64,000 nucleotides of DNA, from assembly GCA_044070495.1 (NCBI GenBank), contig JBIPSI010000018.1, positions 32,001 through 96,000 on the forward strand. Reading direction: 5' to 3'. The stretch is from Spirulina sp. (GTDB taxonomy: Bacteria > Cyanobacteriota > Cyanobacteriia > Phormidesmidales > Phormidesmidaceae). The position numbers and the translations under genes are program-made. Under the pieces are notes generated by a model that was not told the DNA's origin, searched no databases, and worked only from the letters and a program-made list of their open reading frames with translations. How positions within the stretch are numbered: the first letter of the stretch is position 1; each line of letters begins with the position of its first letter. Below are positions 1 through 7,801 of this stretch, in pieces.

Positions 1-971
1 GTCGTTTCTTGGGGCGTCCAAACGGGCTTATAGGGCGGATCGAGGGGAGCCTCAATTGCCTGGTTTTGAATAAATTGATCAATGGTGCGTTTAATACTTT
101 CGGCTACGGCATCCGCCTGGTCAAGGTTGTGCTTTAGGCTGTCATCAAACCGGAGTTGATCCTTTTCAACCGCCGTTAATCGTCCGTAGAGCTTCATACC
201 TTCGAGGGCAAAACGGCGTAAATCAATCTCCCGTCCCCCATCGCGCCCCGTGAGATAGTGATTTGTTTTATGGCGAACGGCCTCCTTTTGGGGATGTTGA
301 TCAATGGGAATATCGTAGTAACCCATGAGTTCCAGCCAGTCCACCACATCTCGGCCCCGATATCGCCGGGGAGAACGGGGAGCACCCCCCACGCAGAGGT
401 GAACTTGCCGACCCGCTAAGTGGAGATCCTCGGCAATTTGACAGCCAGATTGCCCCGTCCCGACAATGAGTATTTCACCTTCCGGCAGTTGCTCAGGGTT
501 TTTATATTGTGAGGAAGACAGTTGCGTGATGGTTGCGGGTAAGCGCTCCGCATAGGCCGGAATTTTGGGCCGATGATATCCGCCCGTGGCAATGACCACT
601 TGATTGGCGGTGAACTCTCCAGCGGAGGTATTGAGATAAAATTTATCGCTTCCTTCCATGCGCACCCTAGAAACCGTCACCCCTTCCTGCACGGGGGCAT
701 TGAAGTGGCGGGCATAGGCTTCCAGGTATTGCACAATTTCGTCCTTGGCCATAAACCCGTTGGGATCATTTCCGGGGTAAGGAAACCCCGGTAATTGGCA
801 TTGCCAATTGGGCGTCACCAAGCAGAAGGAATCCCAGCGCTGATTGCGCCAAGCATGGCCAATGCGGTGTTTTTCGAGGACAACGTGATCAATTCCCCGT
901 TCCTTGAGGCAATAGCTGAGGGCAAGGCCAGCCTGCCCGCCGCCCACAATTATGACCGTGTGATGCTGCAT
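1..971 (-). CDS. nitH: MSMEG_0569-family flavin-dependent oxidoreductase (Nit1C cluster NitH), running off the left edge
   Basis: Not in the ORF track because it has no stop in the window. Manual translation from the ATG at 971 gives MQHHTVIIVGGGQAGLALSYCLKERGIDHVVLEKHRIGHAWRNQRWDSFCLVTPNWQCQLPG..., with a second dinucleotide motif ILIVGTGQSGCQIAEDLHLAGR and NHYLTGRDGGREIDLR. It is adjacent to the other Nit1C genes. Confidence 0.9.
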   Translation of the reverse strand, partial: MQHHTVIIVGGGQAGLALSYCLKERGIDHVVLEKHRIGHAWRNQRWDSFCLVTPNWQCQLPGFPYPGNDPNGFMAKDEIVQYLEAYARHFNAPVQEGVTVSRVRMEGSDKFYLNTSAGEFTANQVVIATGGYHRPKIPAYAERLPATITQLSSSQYKNPEQLPEGEILIVGTGQSGCQIAEDLHLAGRQVHLCVGGAPRSPRRYRGRDVVDWLELMGYYDIPIDQHPQKEAVRHKTNHYLTGRDGGREIDLRRFALEGMKLYGRLTAVEKDQLRFDDSLKHNLDQADAVAESIKRTIDQFIQNQAIEAPLDPPYKPVWTPQET

Positions 972-1280
972 AGTGTTGAGCCTTGACCAGCCCCAGTGAA
1001 TTTGTCGTTGGCGCGAAACTTGGAAATAAGCTAGGCGGTTTAGCTCCGGCTCCCTGTAGCTTGCAGCACAAAATGGGCGTAACTATGGCTATGGTTAGGG
1101 GATCGGCGGGTCAGTAGGGGCGCGATCAACGCATTGGATTGTCCCAGCGGCCTTTTTGTCAGGACATCACAACAATTAGCGGAATTGTCCTATCGAAAGT
1201 GATAGGTACATCCTCCGTTCTCGCAATTCTACTCGGCATTTTGTGGTTGCCCCTAGCATTAGTCATAGACCCCACTACTT

Positions 1281-1323
1281 TGTTACTTGCGATACAGGCT
1301 GTACTGTTACGGAATTTTAAGGT
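1281..1323 (+). promoter_or_regulatory. NtcA-activated (class II) promoter of the nitB operon
   Basis: TGTT-ACTTGCGA-TACA (GTT-N8-TAC, 1282-1295) is followed by exactly 22 nt and then the TAN3T -10 box TAAGGT (1318-1323), the canonical NtcA geometry. Confidence 0.75.
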
Positions 1324-1400
1324 GCTAATCAACAAGGATTTGCCTTGCAAGACTAGGTTCAATCCCTAGGGGAAAGAGTGATTTTGTCTAGATAATTTCC

Positions 1401-1542
1401 GAGTGCATCCTAAGTTATGCAAATTCGCCCTCATCCCCCAGCCCCTTACTCCCAAAACGGGAGAAGGGGAGCCGGATTCAAAGTCCCTCTCTCGCTCTGG
1501 GAGAGGGATTTAGGGTGAGGGTTACCAAGGTGGGATGCACCC
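1401..1542. repeat. MITE-like cyanobacterial double-hairpin dispersed repeat
   Basis: Terminal inverted repeat GAGTGCATCC/GGATGCACCC (9/10) encloses the hairpins CCCCTTACTCCC..GGGAGAAGGGG and TCCCTCTC..GAGAGGGA. Confidence 0.7.
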
Positions 1543-1609
1543 ATGTTTCCCTTGGTCTAAGTCTGTGTCAAGCCTGAGTACAACTCGTTAGTTTTTGAGG
1601 ACAACTGTA

Positions 1610-2092
1610 ATGCCTGAGGTTACCGCTCCTGCCCACAAGGCTGGCGATTTTTTGGTGGACTACGAAGAAAAAGTGTTTCCGGATGTACAAGCCGATCCGG
1701 GAGAAAAGGCCCTCGTTACCTTTCACACGGTAGCCTTTGAGGGATCGATTGGGTTAGTGAATCTATTGCAGGCCACTCGCCTGATTCGCAAAGGCTTTGA
1801 GACCTCTGTTCTACTCTATGGCCCAGGGGTTACCTTGGGTGTGCAGCGTGGTTTTCCAAAGTTGGGAGACGAAGCCTTTCCTGGGCACCAAGCCATGAAT
1901 AATCAGTTGATTAAAATTATGGAAGAAGGGGGCAAAATCTACGCCTGTCGGTTTGCTTTGCAAGCACTCTATGGCCATGGTGAGCCTTCTTTGATTCCTG
2001 GTATTCGGCCCATCAATCCCCTCGATGTGATGGATTTAATTCTTCTCCATCGCAAAGAAGGAGCCTTTATCCTCAATACCTGGACGCTCTAG
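1610..2092 (+). CDS. nitB: MSMEG_0572/Sll0783-family nitrogen starvation response protein (DsrE-like)
   Basis: [58 protein letters not shown]...[12 protein letters not shown] is typical of this family; first gene of the Nit1C operon. Confidence 0.92.
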   Translation: MPEVTAPAHKAGDFLVDYEEKVFPDVQADPGEKALVTFHTVAFEGSIGLVNLLQATRLIRKGFETSVLLYGPGVTLGVQRGFPKLGDEAFPGHQAMNNQLIKIMEEGGKIYACRFALQALYGHGEPSLIPGIRPINPLDVMDLILLHRKEGAFILNTWTL

Positions 2093-2164
2093 CTAGGGGA
2101 ACCGAAGCAAGGGATATCCTTGCTTCGGTTCTATTGTATGGCGTTCATCACCGAGAGTATTGTC

Positions 2165-2410
2165 ATGGATTACAGTCAGGTTGTTCGGGCGGCGGCGGTT
2201 CAAATTAGCCCAGTGCTGCACAGCCGCGAGGGAACCACAGAAAAAGTTTTAGACGCCATTGCAGCGGCGGCCAAGGAAAGTTTGCTGAAGCTGCGGCTAA
2301 ACCAAGCGCCTTGGTCGCTGCTGGAAACGGTGTCACCGGAGCAAGATCGTGATCCTGTGGTCTCTCCCGCTTCCCCTCCGCAGGCGGCTGAGACCGAACT
2401 GTCCCTCTAA
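2165..2410 (+). pseudogene. nitC: Nit6803/Sll0784-type nitrilase remnant with an in-frame internal deletion
   Basis: The nitrilase N-terminus (VRAAAVQISPVLHSREGTTEKVLDAIAAAAKE) is joined at about 2279 directly to the C-terminal tail (LLKLRLNQAPWSLLE). The product is 81 aa with no FPE, RRK or ACWE catalytic motifs, and it sits at the nitrilase position between nitB and nitD. Confidence 0.85.
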
Positions 2411-2467
2411 CGCTACGGCTAGCGTTACCAACGTCCCACATCCCCGCCAACGTCACTTCCTCCTGCC

Positions 2468-3553
2468 ATGAATCCAAAACATCTCCTAACGGAATTGCAG
2501 ACCCATGGGTTGCAGATTGCCGATGAGTCGATGGGAGCCCAAGGCCGACGGGGAGGCGCTGGCCCCTCCGACCATAAGGCCATAACCATTGACGGTCGCA
2601 CTATTATGGTGCCGATCTACACCGGAACCGCCGCTAGTTCGCCCTACGGGGTCATCCATCCAGCGGAGACCCATCAGGCCACCTTGACCTATGAGGATCA
2701 GCCCGTTGCCACCGTTGAATTTCCCCACCAGCCCCGGTTTTACGGCTTAACCACAGCGGATGGAGTGCCTTACTGGAAAATTGCCTTACTCCACAGCAAG
2801 AATGTTTTGGCGACGACGGTGCTGCAAACCTGTATGCGCTACCGGGATGCCTCCACCGCTTGCCAGTTTTGTGCCATTGAAAAATCGCTGGATCAGGGGC
2901 GGACCCTAGCGCGGAAAACCCCGGAACAGTTGGCGGAGGTGGCGGAGGCGGCCATGCGGTTAGATGGCGTGCAACACATGATCATGACCACCGGGACGCC
3001 CAATACACCGGATCGAGGAGCTGCTTACCTGGCAGAATGTGCGCGAGCCATCAAGCAGCGGGTGAATCTGCCCATCCAGGCCCAGTGCGAGCCTCCAGCG
3101 GATTTTAGCTGGTTTGAGACCCTGCGACAGGCGGGCATTGACAGCCTTGGAATGCACCTAGAGGCCGCCGATCCAGCGGTACGGGCTCGCATTATGCCCG
3201 GTAAGGCCGAGGTGCCCCTGTCGGTGTATTTTGAGGCTTTTGAGGCAGCGGTGCAGGTGTTTGGATGGGGGCAGGTGACGACCTACCTGTTAGCGGGGTT
3301 AGGGGATTCCCTCGAAACCCTGGTCGCCACGTCGGAGCAACTGATTGCGATGGGGGTTTATCCATTTATCGTGCCCTTTGTGCCTATTACCGATACGCCC
3401 CTAGCCCAGCACCCAGCACCCAGTGCGGCGTTTATGACGGCGGTGTATGAACAGGTGGGGCAGCGCCTCAAGCAAGCGGGGATGACGGCAGCGGCCATGA
3501 AGGCGGGCTGTGCCAAATGTGGAGCCTGTTCGGCCCTAGCGGCCTTTGAGTAG
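2468..3553 (+). CDS. nitD: MSMEG_0568-family radical SAM protein
   Basis: GRRGGAGPSDHKA N-terminal motif, CMRYRDASTACQFC cluster motif, C-terminal GCAKCGACS; Nit1C context. Confidence 0.92.
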   Translation: MNPKHLLTELQTHGLQIADESMGAQGRRGGAGPSDHKAITIDGRTIMVPIYTGTAASSPYGVIHPAETHQATLTYEDQPVATVEFPHQPRFYGLTTADGVPYWKIALLHSKNVLATTVLQTCMRYRDASTACQFCAIEKSLDQGRTLARKTPEQLAEVAEAAMRLDGVQHMIMTTGTPNTPDRGAAYLAECARAIKQRVNLPIQAQCEPPADFSWFETLRQAGIDSLGMHLEAADPAVRARIMPGKAEVPLSVYFEAFEAAVQVFGWGQVTTYLLAGLGDSLETLVATSEQLIAMGVYPFIVPFVPITDTPLAQHPAPSAAFMTAVYEQVGQRLKQAGMTAAAMKAGCAKCGACSALAAFE

Positions 3554-3646
3554 ACGTTTGAAGCGTCGGTTGATTTCTCCCATTGCGGCAGCCTCGGTTG
3601 GCTGTTGAAACGGGATCGCAGTAGCCCTGTATAGAAGGTATCTACT

Positions 3647-4165
3647 ATGTCTTTACCTCGATATACCTTTGAATTAGCCCAGACCCCCCAGGATGTCAGA
3701 GCCTATTTCCAGCTTCGGCGGGCCATTTTCTGCGAGGAGCAGGGGCTTTTTTCTAAAGACGATAGGGATGAACTGGACAATGTCGCCTATCCCATCATTG
3801 CCGTGGAGCAGGATATTTTAGCGGGGCGGCAGGTGGTGGGCATCGTGCGCATTTATGAGGCGGAGCATCGCCTTTGGTATGGTGGACGGCTGGGGGTTCA
3901 TCCTCGCTATCGGCGCGTTGGGCGCATTGGCAAAGGCTTAATTCAGAAGGCGGTAACCACGGCCCATGGCTGGGGTTGTGATCGCTTCTTGGCCACAGTG
4001 CAAGAACAAAATGTAAGATTCTTCCAGCGGCTGCACTGGGCGTCGCTCCAAGAGATAGACATCTGCGGCCATCCCCACCACCTCATGGAAGCGGATTTGG
4101 CGTTCTATCCCCCCGGCAACGACATTCGACGAGTCACGACTGAGCGTGGACTGCAAGTGTCCTAA
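3647..4165 (+). CDS. nitE: MSMEG_0567/Sll0786-family GNAT N-acetyltransferase
   Basis: RRAIFCEEQGLF, WYGGRLGVHPRYRR, FLATVQEQNVRFFQRLHW; Nit1C context. Confidence 0.88.
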   Translation: MSLPRYTFELAQTPQDVRAYFQLRRAIFCEEQGLFSKDDRDELDNVAYPIIAVEQDILAGRQVVGIVRIYEAEHRLWYGGRLGVHPRYRRVGRIGKGLIQKAVTTAHGWGCDRFLATVQEQNVRFFQRLHWASLQEIDICGHPHHLMEADLAFYPPGNDIRRVTTERGLQVS

Positions 4166-4203
4166 CCCATCCCAGTTTCCTTGCGATAACACCCCCTTAC
4201 CCT

Positions 4204-4503
4204 ATGCCTGAAGTACGTTTTCAAATTCAGTGGCCCGATGGTTCCCAAGAAATCTGCTACTCTCCCTCGTTAGTGGTCAAAGACTACTTCACGACGGGAG
4301 AAAGCTACGCCATCGAAGACTTTCTGGCTCGATCTCGAACCGCCCTGCAAACGGCGAGTCAACGGGTACAGGCCAAATATGGCTTTCCCTGTAGTTTGGC
4401 CCTGGGGCAGTTGCAGCATCTAGAATCCCAGTCGGCTCGGTTTATGACTCAACCTGGGGATCAAAAGGCTTCGCAGGTACGTGTATTAGCGTTTCTGGAA
4501 TAG
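4204..4503 (+). CDS. nitG: MSMEG_0570-family nitrogen starvation response protein
   Basis: MPEVRFQIQWPDGSQEICYSPSLVVKDYF...RVQAKYGFPCSLA signature. Confidence 0.9.
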   Translation: MPEVRFQIQWPDGSQEICYSPSLVVKDYFTTGESYAIEDFLARSRTALQTASQRVQAKYGFPCSLALGQLQHLESQSARFMTQPGDQKASQVRVLAFLE

Positions 4504-4575
4504 CCGCTGACCCTGGGAATAGGCACCGCCGGGACACCAATCGACTGTGCAAAAAAAATTGAGCCATACTCTGTC

Positions 4576-4642
4576 CCCGATGCCATAGCGAATCTGTAAC
4601 AACAAAAGATCCCAGGGTTCTTGAAGAACCCTGGGATCTGAT
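4576..4642 (+). repeat. Left 67-bp direct repeat of the NACHT island
   Basis: Identical to 7711-7777; includes the palindrome AGATCCCAGGGTTCTTGAAGAACCCTGGGATCT. Confidence 0.95.
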
Positions 4643-4699
4643 TCTAGGACGTAGGGCAAGACTTTGCTGCGTTACGCCGGGGCTAAGGCATCCTCAGAA

Positions 4700-4924
4700 T
4701 TAAGCCTTGGGGTTGGTGCTGCCAATGCCCAAAAGGCCAATTAGGGTGAGGGTGCCCATTTGCCAAGTGTCCATGGCCCCCTCTAGGATGCGACTTTGGG
4801 CCTCGGTGGGGTGGGGTTGGTTGGCTAAATGCAGCGCCGTACCGCCAGAGCCGAGGGTGAGCAGTAGCACGGTGGCAAAAATGAGGTTGAAGGTGGGAGG
4901 CTTTGGGGCTTTTGAGGTTTGCAT
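4700..4924 (-). CDS. Small membrane protein (74 aa, two hydrophobic helices), divergent from the NACHT gene
   Basis: Hydrophobic segments FNLIFATVLLLTLGSGGTALHLA and WQMGTLTLIGLLGIG; ATG start. Confidence 0.65.
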   Translation of the reverse strand: MQTSKAPKPPTFNLIFATVLLLTLGSGGTALHLANQPHPTEAQSRILEGAMDTWQMGTLTLIGLLGIGSTNPKA

Positions 4925-4969
4925 AGTCAGTTGGTTCTAGAGGATGGACAGGAGAGCATGATTCAGGTT

Positions 4970-5089
4970 GACTTTGCCTAACTTTGATCGACTTCAAGCA
5001 ACAAGCTAGCCTTACATTCCCTTTAAAGTCAAGCTTTTGGCTCATTTTGCATGACTTAGGTTTACTTTGTCTGACTTTGCTCGTATAAT
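4970..5089. promoter_or_regulatory. Divergent promoter region with 10-bp-phased ACTT(TG) repeats and a TATAAT -10 box
   Basis: ACTT at 4971, 4981, 4991 and at 5054, 5064, 5074; inverted AAAGTC at 5025; TATAAT at 5084-5089, 23 nt before the NACHT ATG. Confidence 0.6.
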
Positions 5090-5112
5090 GACGCAAACAG
5101 GCATTATTAAAC

Positions 5113-7323
5113 ATGGCTAAGAGATCACTATCCCTGTCTTCCGGGTTTACTAAGGCTGTTAGAGGCGCTCTTGCGGCACAAGGGTTGACGCAAGAAGAGT
5201 TAGCCAACATGGCGGGAGTTTCTAGGGCTTCTGTTGTGAAGTTTTTAGCTGGTCACGCTGTAGACCGCTCCATTTTCGTACGCTGCTGTTCTGCATTGGG
5301 AATAGACTGGGAGGAAGCAAGTGCAGAAGAAGCATTGCCCATGCCAAGCCTTGTAAATGTAGGCTTAGTGCAGTCTATCCGGGCAAACGTTTATTCAGAT
5401 ATCAAAGCTCGGTGCGGCACGATGCGGGTGTTGGATATGGAGCAACCCATTGGTCTGGGGGATATCTATACCAGCGTCAACATTTTGGAGAAAATCTCTG
5501 GGCGGCGGCGATTGGGTCTAGAAGATCTGCGGCAAGACTACGACCCCGAAAATTTTGACCGTTTTTTGCTGAGCCAAGTGCGCCATAAACGGATTCCTGG
5601 GCTGCAAGCAGTGGAAGAACACCGCCAACTGATGATTTTGGGTAAGCCGGGGGCAGGCAAAACCACCTTTATGAAGCGGCTGGCGATTTTGTGCAACGAG
5701 GGAGAATTTCAGCCCCAGCGGGTGCCTGTGTTTGTAACGCTGAAGGAATACGCCGAGGCCGAAGGCAGACCCAAACTGCAAACTTTTATCCAAAACCAGT
5801 GGAAAGCCTGCGGGGTGAAGGAATCCGATACCCTTGAGGCGATTTTTAAAGCTGGCCATGCCCTGGTGTTGCTGGATGGGTTGGATGAGGTGCAGGAAAA
5901 TGACCATGCTCGAGTGCTGCAAGACATCAAAACCTTTACCCAGCAGTTCCGAGATTGCCAGTGTGTGATGACCTGTCGCATTGCCGCACGGGAATACATT
6001 TTTGAAACCTTTACTGAAGTAGAAGTCGCCGACTTTAACCAAGATCAAATCGCTGAATTTGCGACGAAATGGTTTACGGCCAAGCAAGATACTAAGAAGG
6101 CAGAAACCTTTATTCAACGATTGGAAGCTAATGAACCTATTCAAGAACTGGCGACTAACCCGCTACTTTTAACCCTGTTATGTTTGGTTTTTGGTGAAGC
6201 AGCAGATTTCCCAGCTAATCGGGCCGAACTGTATAAAGAAGGTCTGGATGTGCTACTGAAAAAGTGGGATGGCAAACGTAACATCGAGCGTGATCAGATT
6301 TACAAAAAGCTGTCTCTGAAGCGTAAAGAAGACCTGCTGAGCCAGCTTGCCTTTGAAACCTTTGAACGGGGAAATTACTTCTTCAAACAAGCCGTCGTAG
6401 AGCAGCACATCATTCGCTATATCCGTAATTTGCCGGGTGCCAGTGAGGATGAAGAAGCCCTGCAACTGGACAGTGAAGCGATTTTGAAAGCTATTGAAGC
6501 CCAGCATAGCCTATTAGTAGAACGAGCCAGAGGGATCTACTCATTTTCGCACATTGTTTTTCAGGAATTCTTTACTGCTCAGCACATCGTTAGCCCCACA
6601 AAGACACTCAACCAAGCCCTAAAAAATCTAGCTACCCACATTACAGAAAGGCGCTATCGGGAAATCTTTTTTCTTACGGCAGGAATGTTGCCCGAAGCCG
6701 ATACTCTGCTCCTGCTAATGAAGCAGCAAATTGATCAAATAATGCGAGATGATCCGACCAAAGATCCCAATCTACAGGACGTTTTAAGCTGGACACAGCA
6801 AAAGACTCTCTCAGCAAAAACACCCTATAAACCCGCTGCAATCCGTGCCTTTTATTACGCTCTTGACCTCGGCCTCGACGTTGACCTGGCTCTTGATCTC
6901 GACCTTACTCTTGATCTCGACTTCGACCGTGCTGAGCAAGCCGCCGCCAGCAATCCCGAATTAAAGCTTAAAATTCAGGCGTTAAGAGTCGAATTGCCCA
7001 GTAGAGATGACCGAGAAGCCTTTGAGCAGTGGTGGTTAACCAATGGCAAAAACTGGGCCGAACGCCTCCGCACGATGATGATTGAACACCGCGATATTGG
7101 TCACGATTGGCAATTTAGCGGAGCACAACAAGAAAAGCTGCGCCAGTATTACGAAGCCAACAAGCTTTTGGTCGAATGCCTCAACAGCGATTGCTACGTT
7201 ACCAAAGCCACCCGGCAATACATCGAAGACACCCTACTGCTGCCCCTCAGCGAAATTGAAAAATACCCCTTCCCCGATGCCCTAGCGAATTTGTACCCAA
7301 CTCAATCGGAGATTGACCAATGA
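5113..7323 (+). CDS. XRE-HTH plus NACHT (STAND) NTPase with C-terminal helical domain
   Basis: N-terminal HTH (LTQEELANMAGVSRASVVKFLAG), Walker A GKPGAGKTT, Walker B LLDGLDEV, TCR sensor, NPLLL, FSHIVFQEFFTA winged helix, C-terminal EHRDIGHDWQF...YYEANKLLVECLNSDCYV. Confidence 0.92.
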   Translation: MAKRSLSLSSGFTKAVRGALAAQGLTQEELANMAGVSRASVVKFLAGHAVDRSIFVRCCSALGIDWEEASAEEALPMPSLVNVGLVQSIRANVYSDIKARCGTMRVLDMEQPIGLGDIYTSVNILEKISGRRRLGLEDLRQDYDPENFDRFLLSQVRHKRIPGLQAVEEHRQLMILGKPGAGKTTFMKRLAILCNEGEFQPQRVPVFVTLKEYAEAEGRPKLQTFIQNQWKACGVKESDTLEAIFKAGHALVLLDGLDEVQENDHARVLQDIKTFTQQFRDCQCVMTCRIAAREYIFETFTEVEVADFNQDQIAEFATKWFTAKQDTKKAETFIQRLEANEPIQELATNPLLLTLLCLVFGEAADFPANRAELYKEGLDVLLKKWDGKRNIERDQIYKKLSLKRKEDLLSQLAFETFERGNYFFKQAVVEQHIIRYIRNLPGASEDEEALQLDSEAILKAIEAQHSLLVERARGIYSFSHIVFQEFFTAQHIVSPTKTLNQALKNLATHITERRYREIFFLTAGMLPEADTLLLLMKQQIDQIMRDDPTKDPNLQDVLSWTQQKTLSAKTPYKPAAIRAFYYALDLGLDVDLALDLDLTLDLDFDRAEQAAASNPELKLKIQALRVELPSRDDREAFEQWWLTNGKNWAERLRTMMIEHRDIGHDWQFSGAQQEKLRQYYEANKLLVECLNSDCYVTKATRQYIEDTLLLPLSEIEKYPFPDALANLYPTQSEIDQ

Positions 7324-7523
7324 CTACATTTTTAGAAAAAGCCTTCCAAGCTGCCCAACAACTCCCCATCAACCTGCAAGACGAACTCGCCCAACAGTTG
7401 TTAGAGGATATCAACGACATCCTAGTTTCTCGCTCACGGGAAGCCGAAGAAACCGTAAGCTGGGACGATCTAGAAACGCCTGAATCCGCCCAATTGAAAA
7501 ATACCCCATCCCCGATGCCATAG
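7320..7523 (+). CDS. Small antitoxin-like protein (orphan; 3' end runs into a repeat)
   Basis: ATGA overlap with the NACHT stop; acidic helical sequence MTTFLEKAFQAAQQLP...EETVSWDDLE resembles type II antitoxins; no toxin ORF follows. Confidence 0.5.
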   Translation: MTTFLEKAFQAAQQLPINLQDELAQQLLEDINDILVSRSREAEETVSWDDLETPESAQLKNTPSPMP

Positions 7524-7529
7524 CGAACC

Positions 7530-7685
7530 CGTAGGGTGCATTCGCGGCTTAAATCATTTTGGCTAATGTTGGACAATCCCCTGGCCGCAATGCACCGCTT
7601 ACCCATCGCGGACTTCTCTGTGTATGGGCTTTGGTGCATTGCTTCGCGTTGGCGCTAGCCTCGCCTTGGCGTTATGCACCCTACG
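7530..7685. repeat. GTAG-type REP doublet (REPIN-like)
   Basis: Perfect 12-bp terminal inverted repeat CGTAGGGTGCAT/ATGCACCCTACG with internal AATGCACC/GGTGCATT arms. Confidence 0.75.
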
Positions 7686-7710
7686 AATTGGGATTGAGAA
7701 ATATCTCTTT

Positions 7711-7777
7711 CCCGATGCCATAGCGAATCTGTAACAACAAAAGATCCCAGGGTTCTTGAAGAACCCTGGGATCTGAT
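7711..7777 (+). repeat. Right 67-bp direct repeat of the NACHT island; its hairpin may also terminate gnd
   Basis: Identical to 4576-4642; lies 24 nt past the gnd stop. Confidence 0.95.
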
Positions 7778-7801
7778 CCTAGTCCTAGCTCCGCACTAGC
7801 C

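Larger units (their letters stand above)
4576..7777. mobile_element. Direct-repeat-bounded islet (small membrane protein, HTH-NACHT, antitoxin-like ORF, REPIN); no integrase seen
   Basis: 67-bp identical terminal repeats 3135 bp apart; visibly more AT-rich than gnd; inserted between the convergent nitG and gnd. Confidence 0.6.

Noticed and set aside
4683..5210. 175-aa minus-strand ORF
   Set aside because: It overlaps the NACHT start and promoter; the nested 74-aa ORF in another frame is the more plausible gene.
7255..7734. Repeats at 7255, 7493 and 7693 as a CRISPR array or integron attC sites
   Set aside because: Spacing is 200-238 bp, the units are degenerate copies of a coding 3' end, they lack attC-like palindromy, and no cas or intI gene is present.
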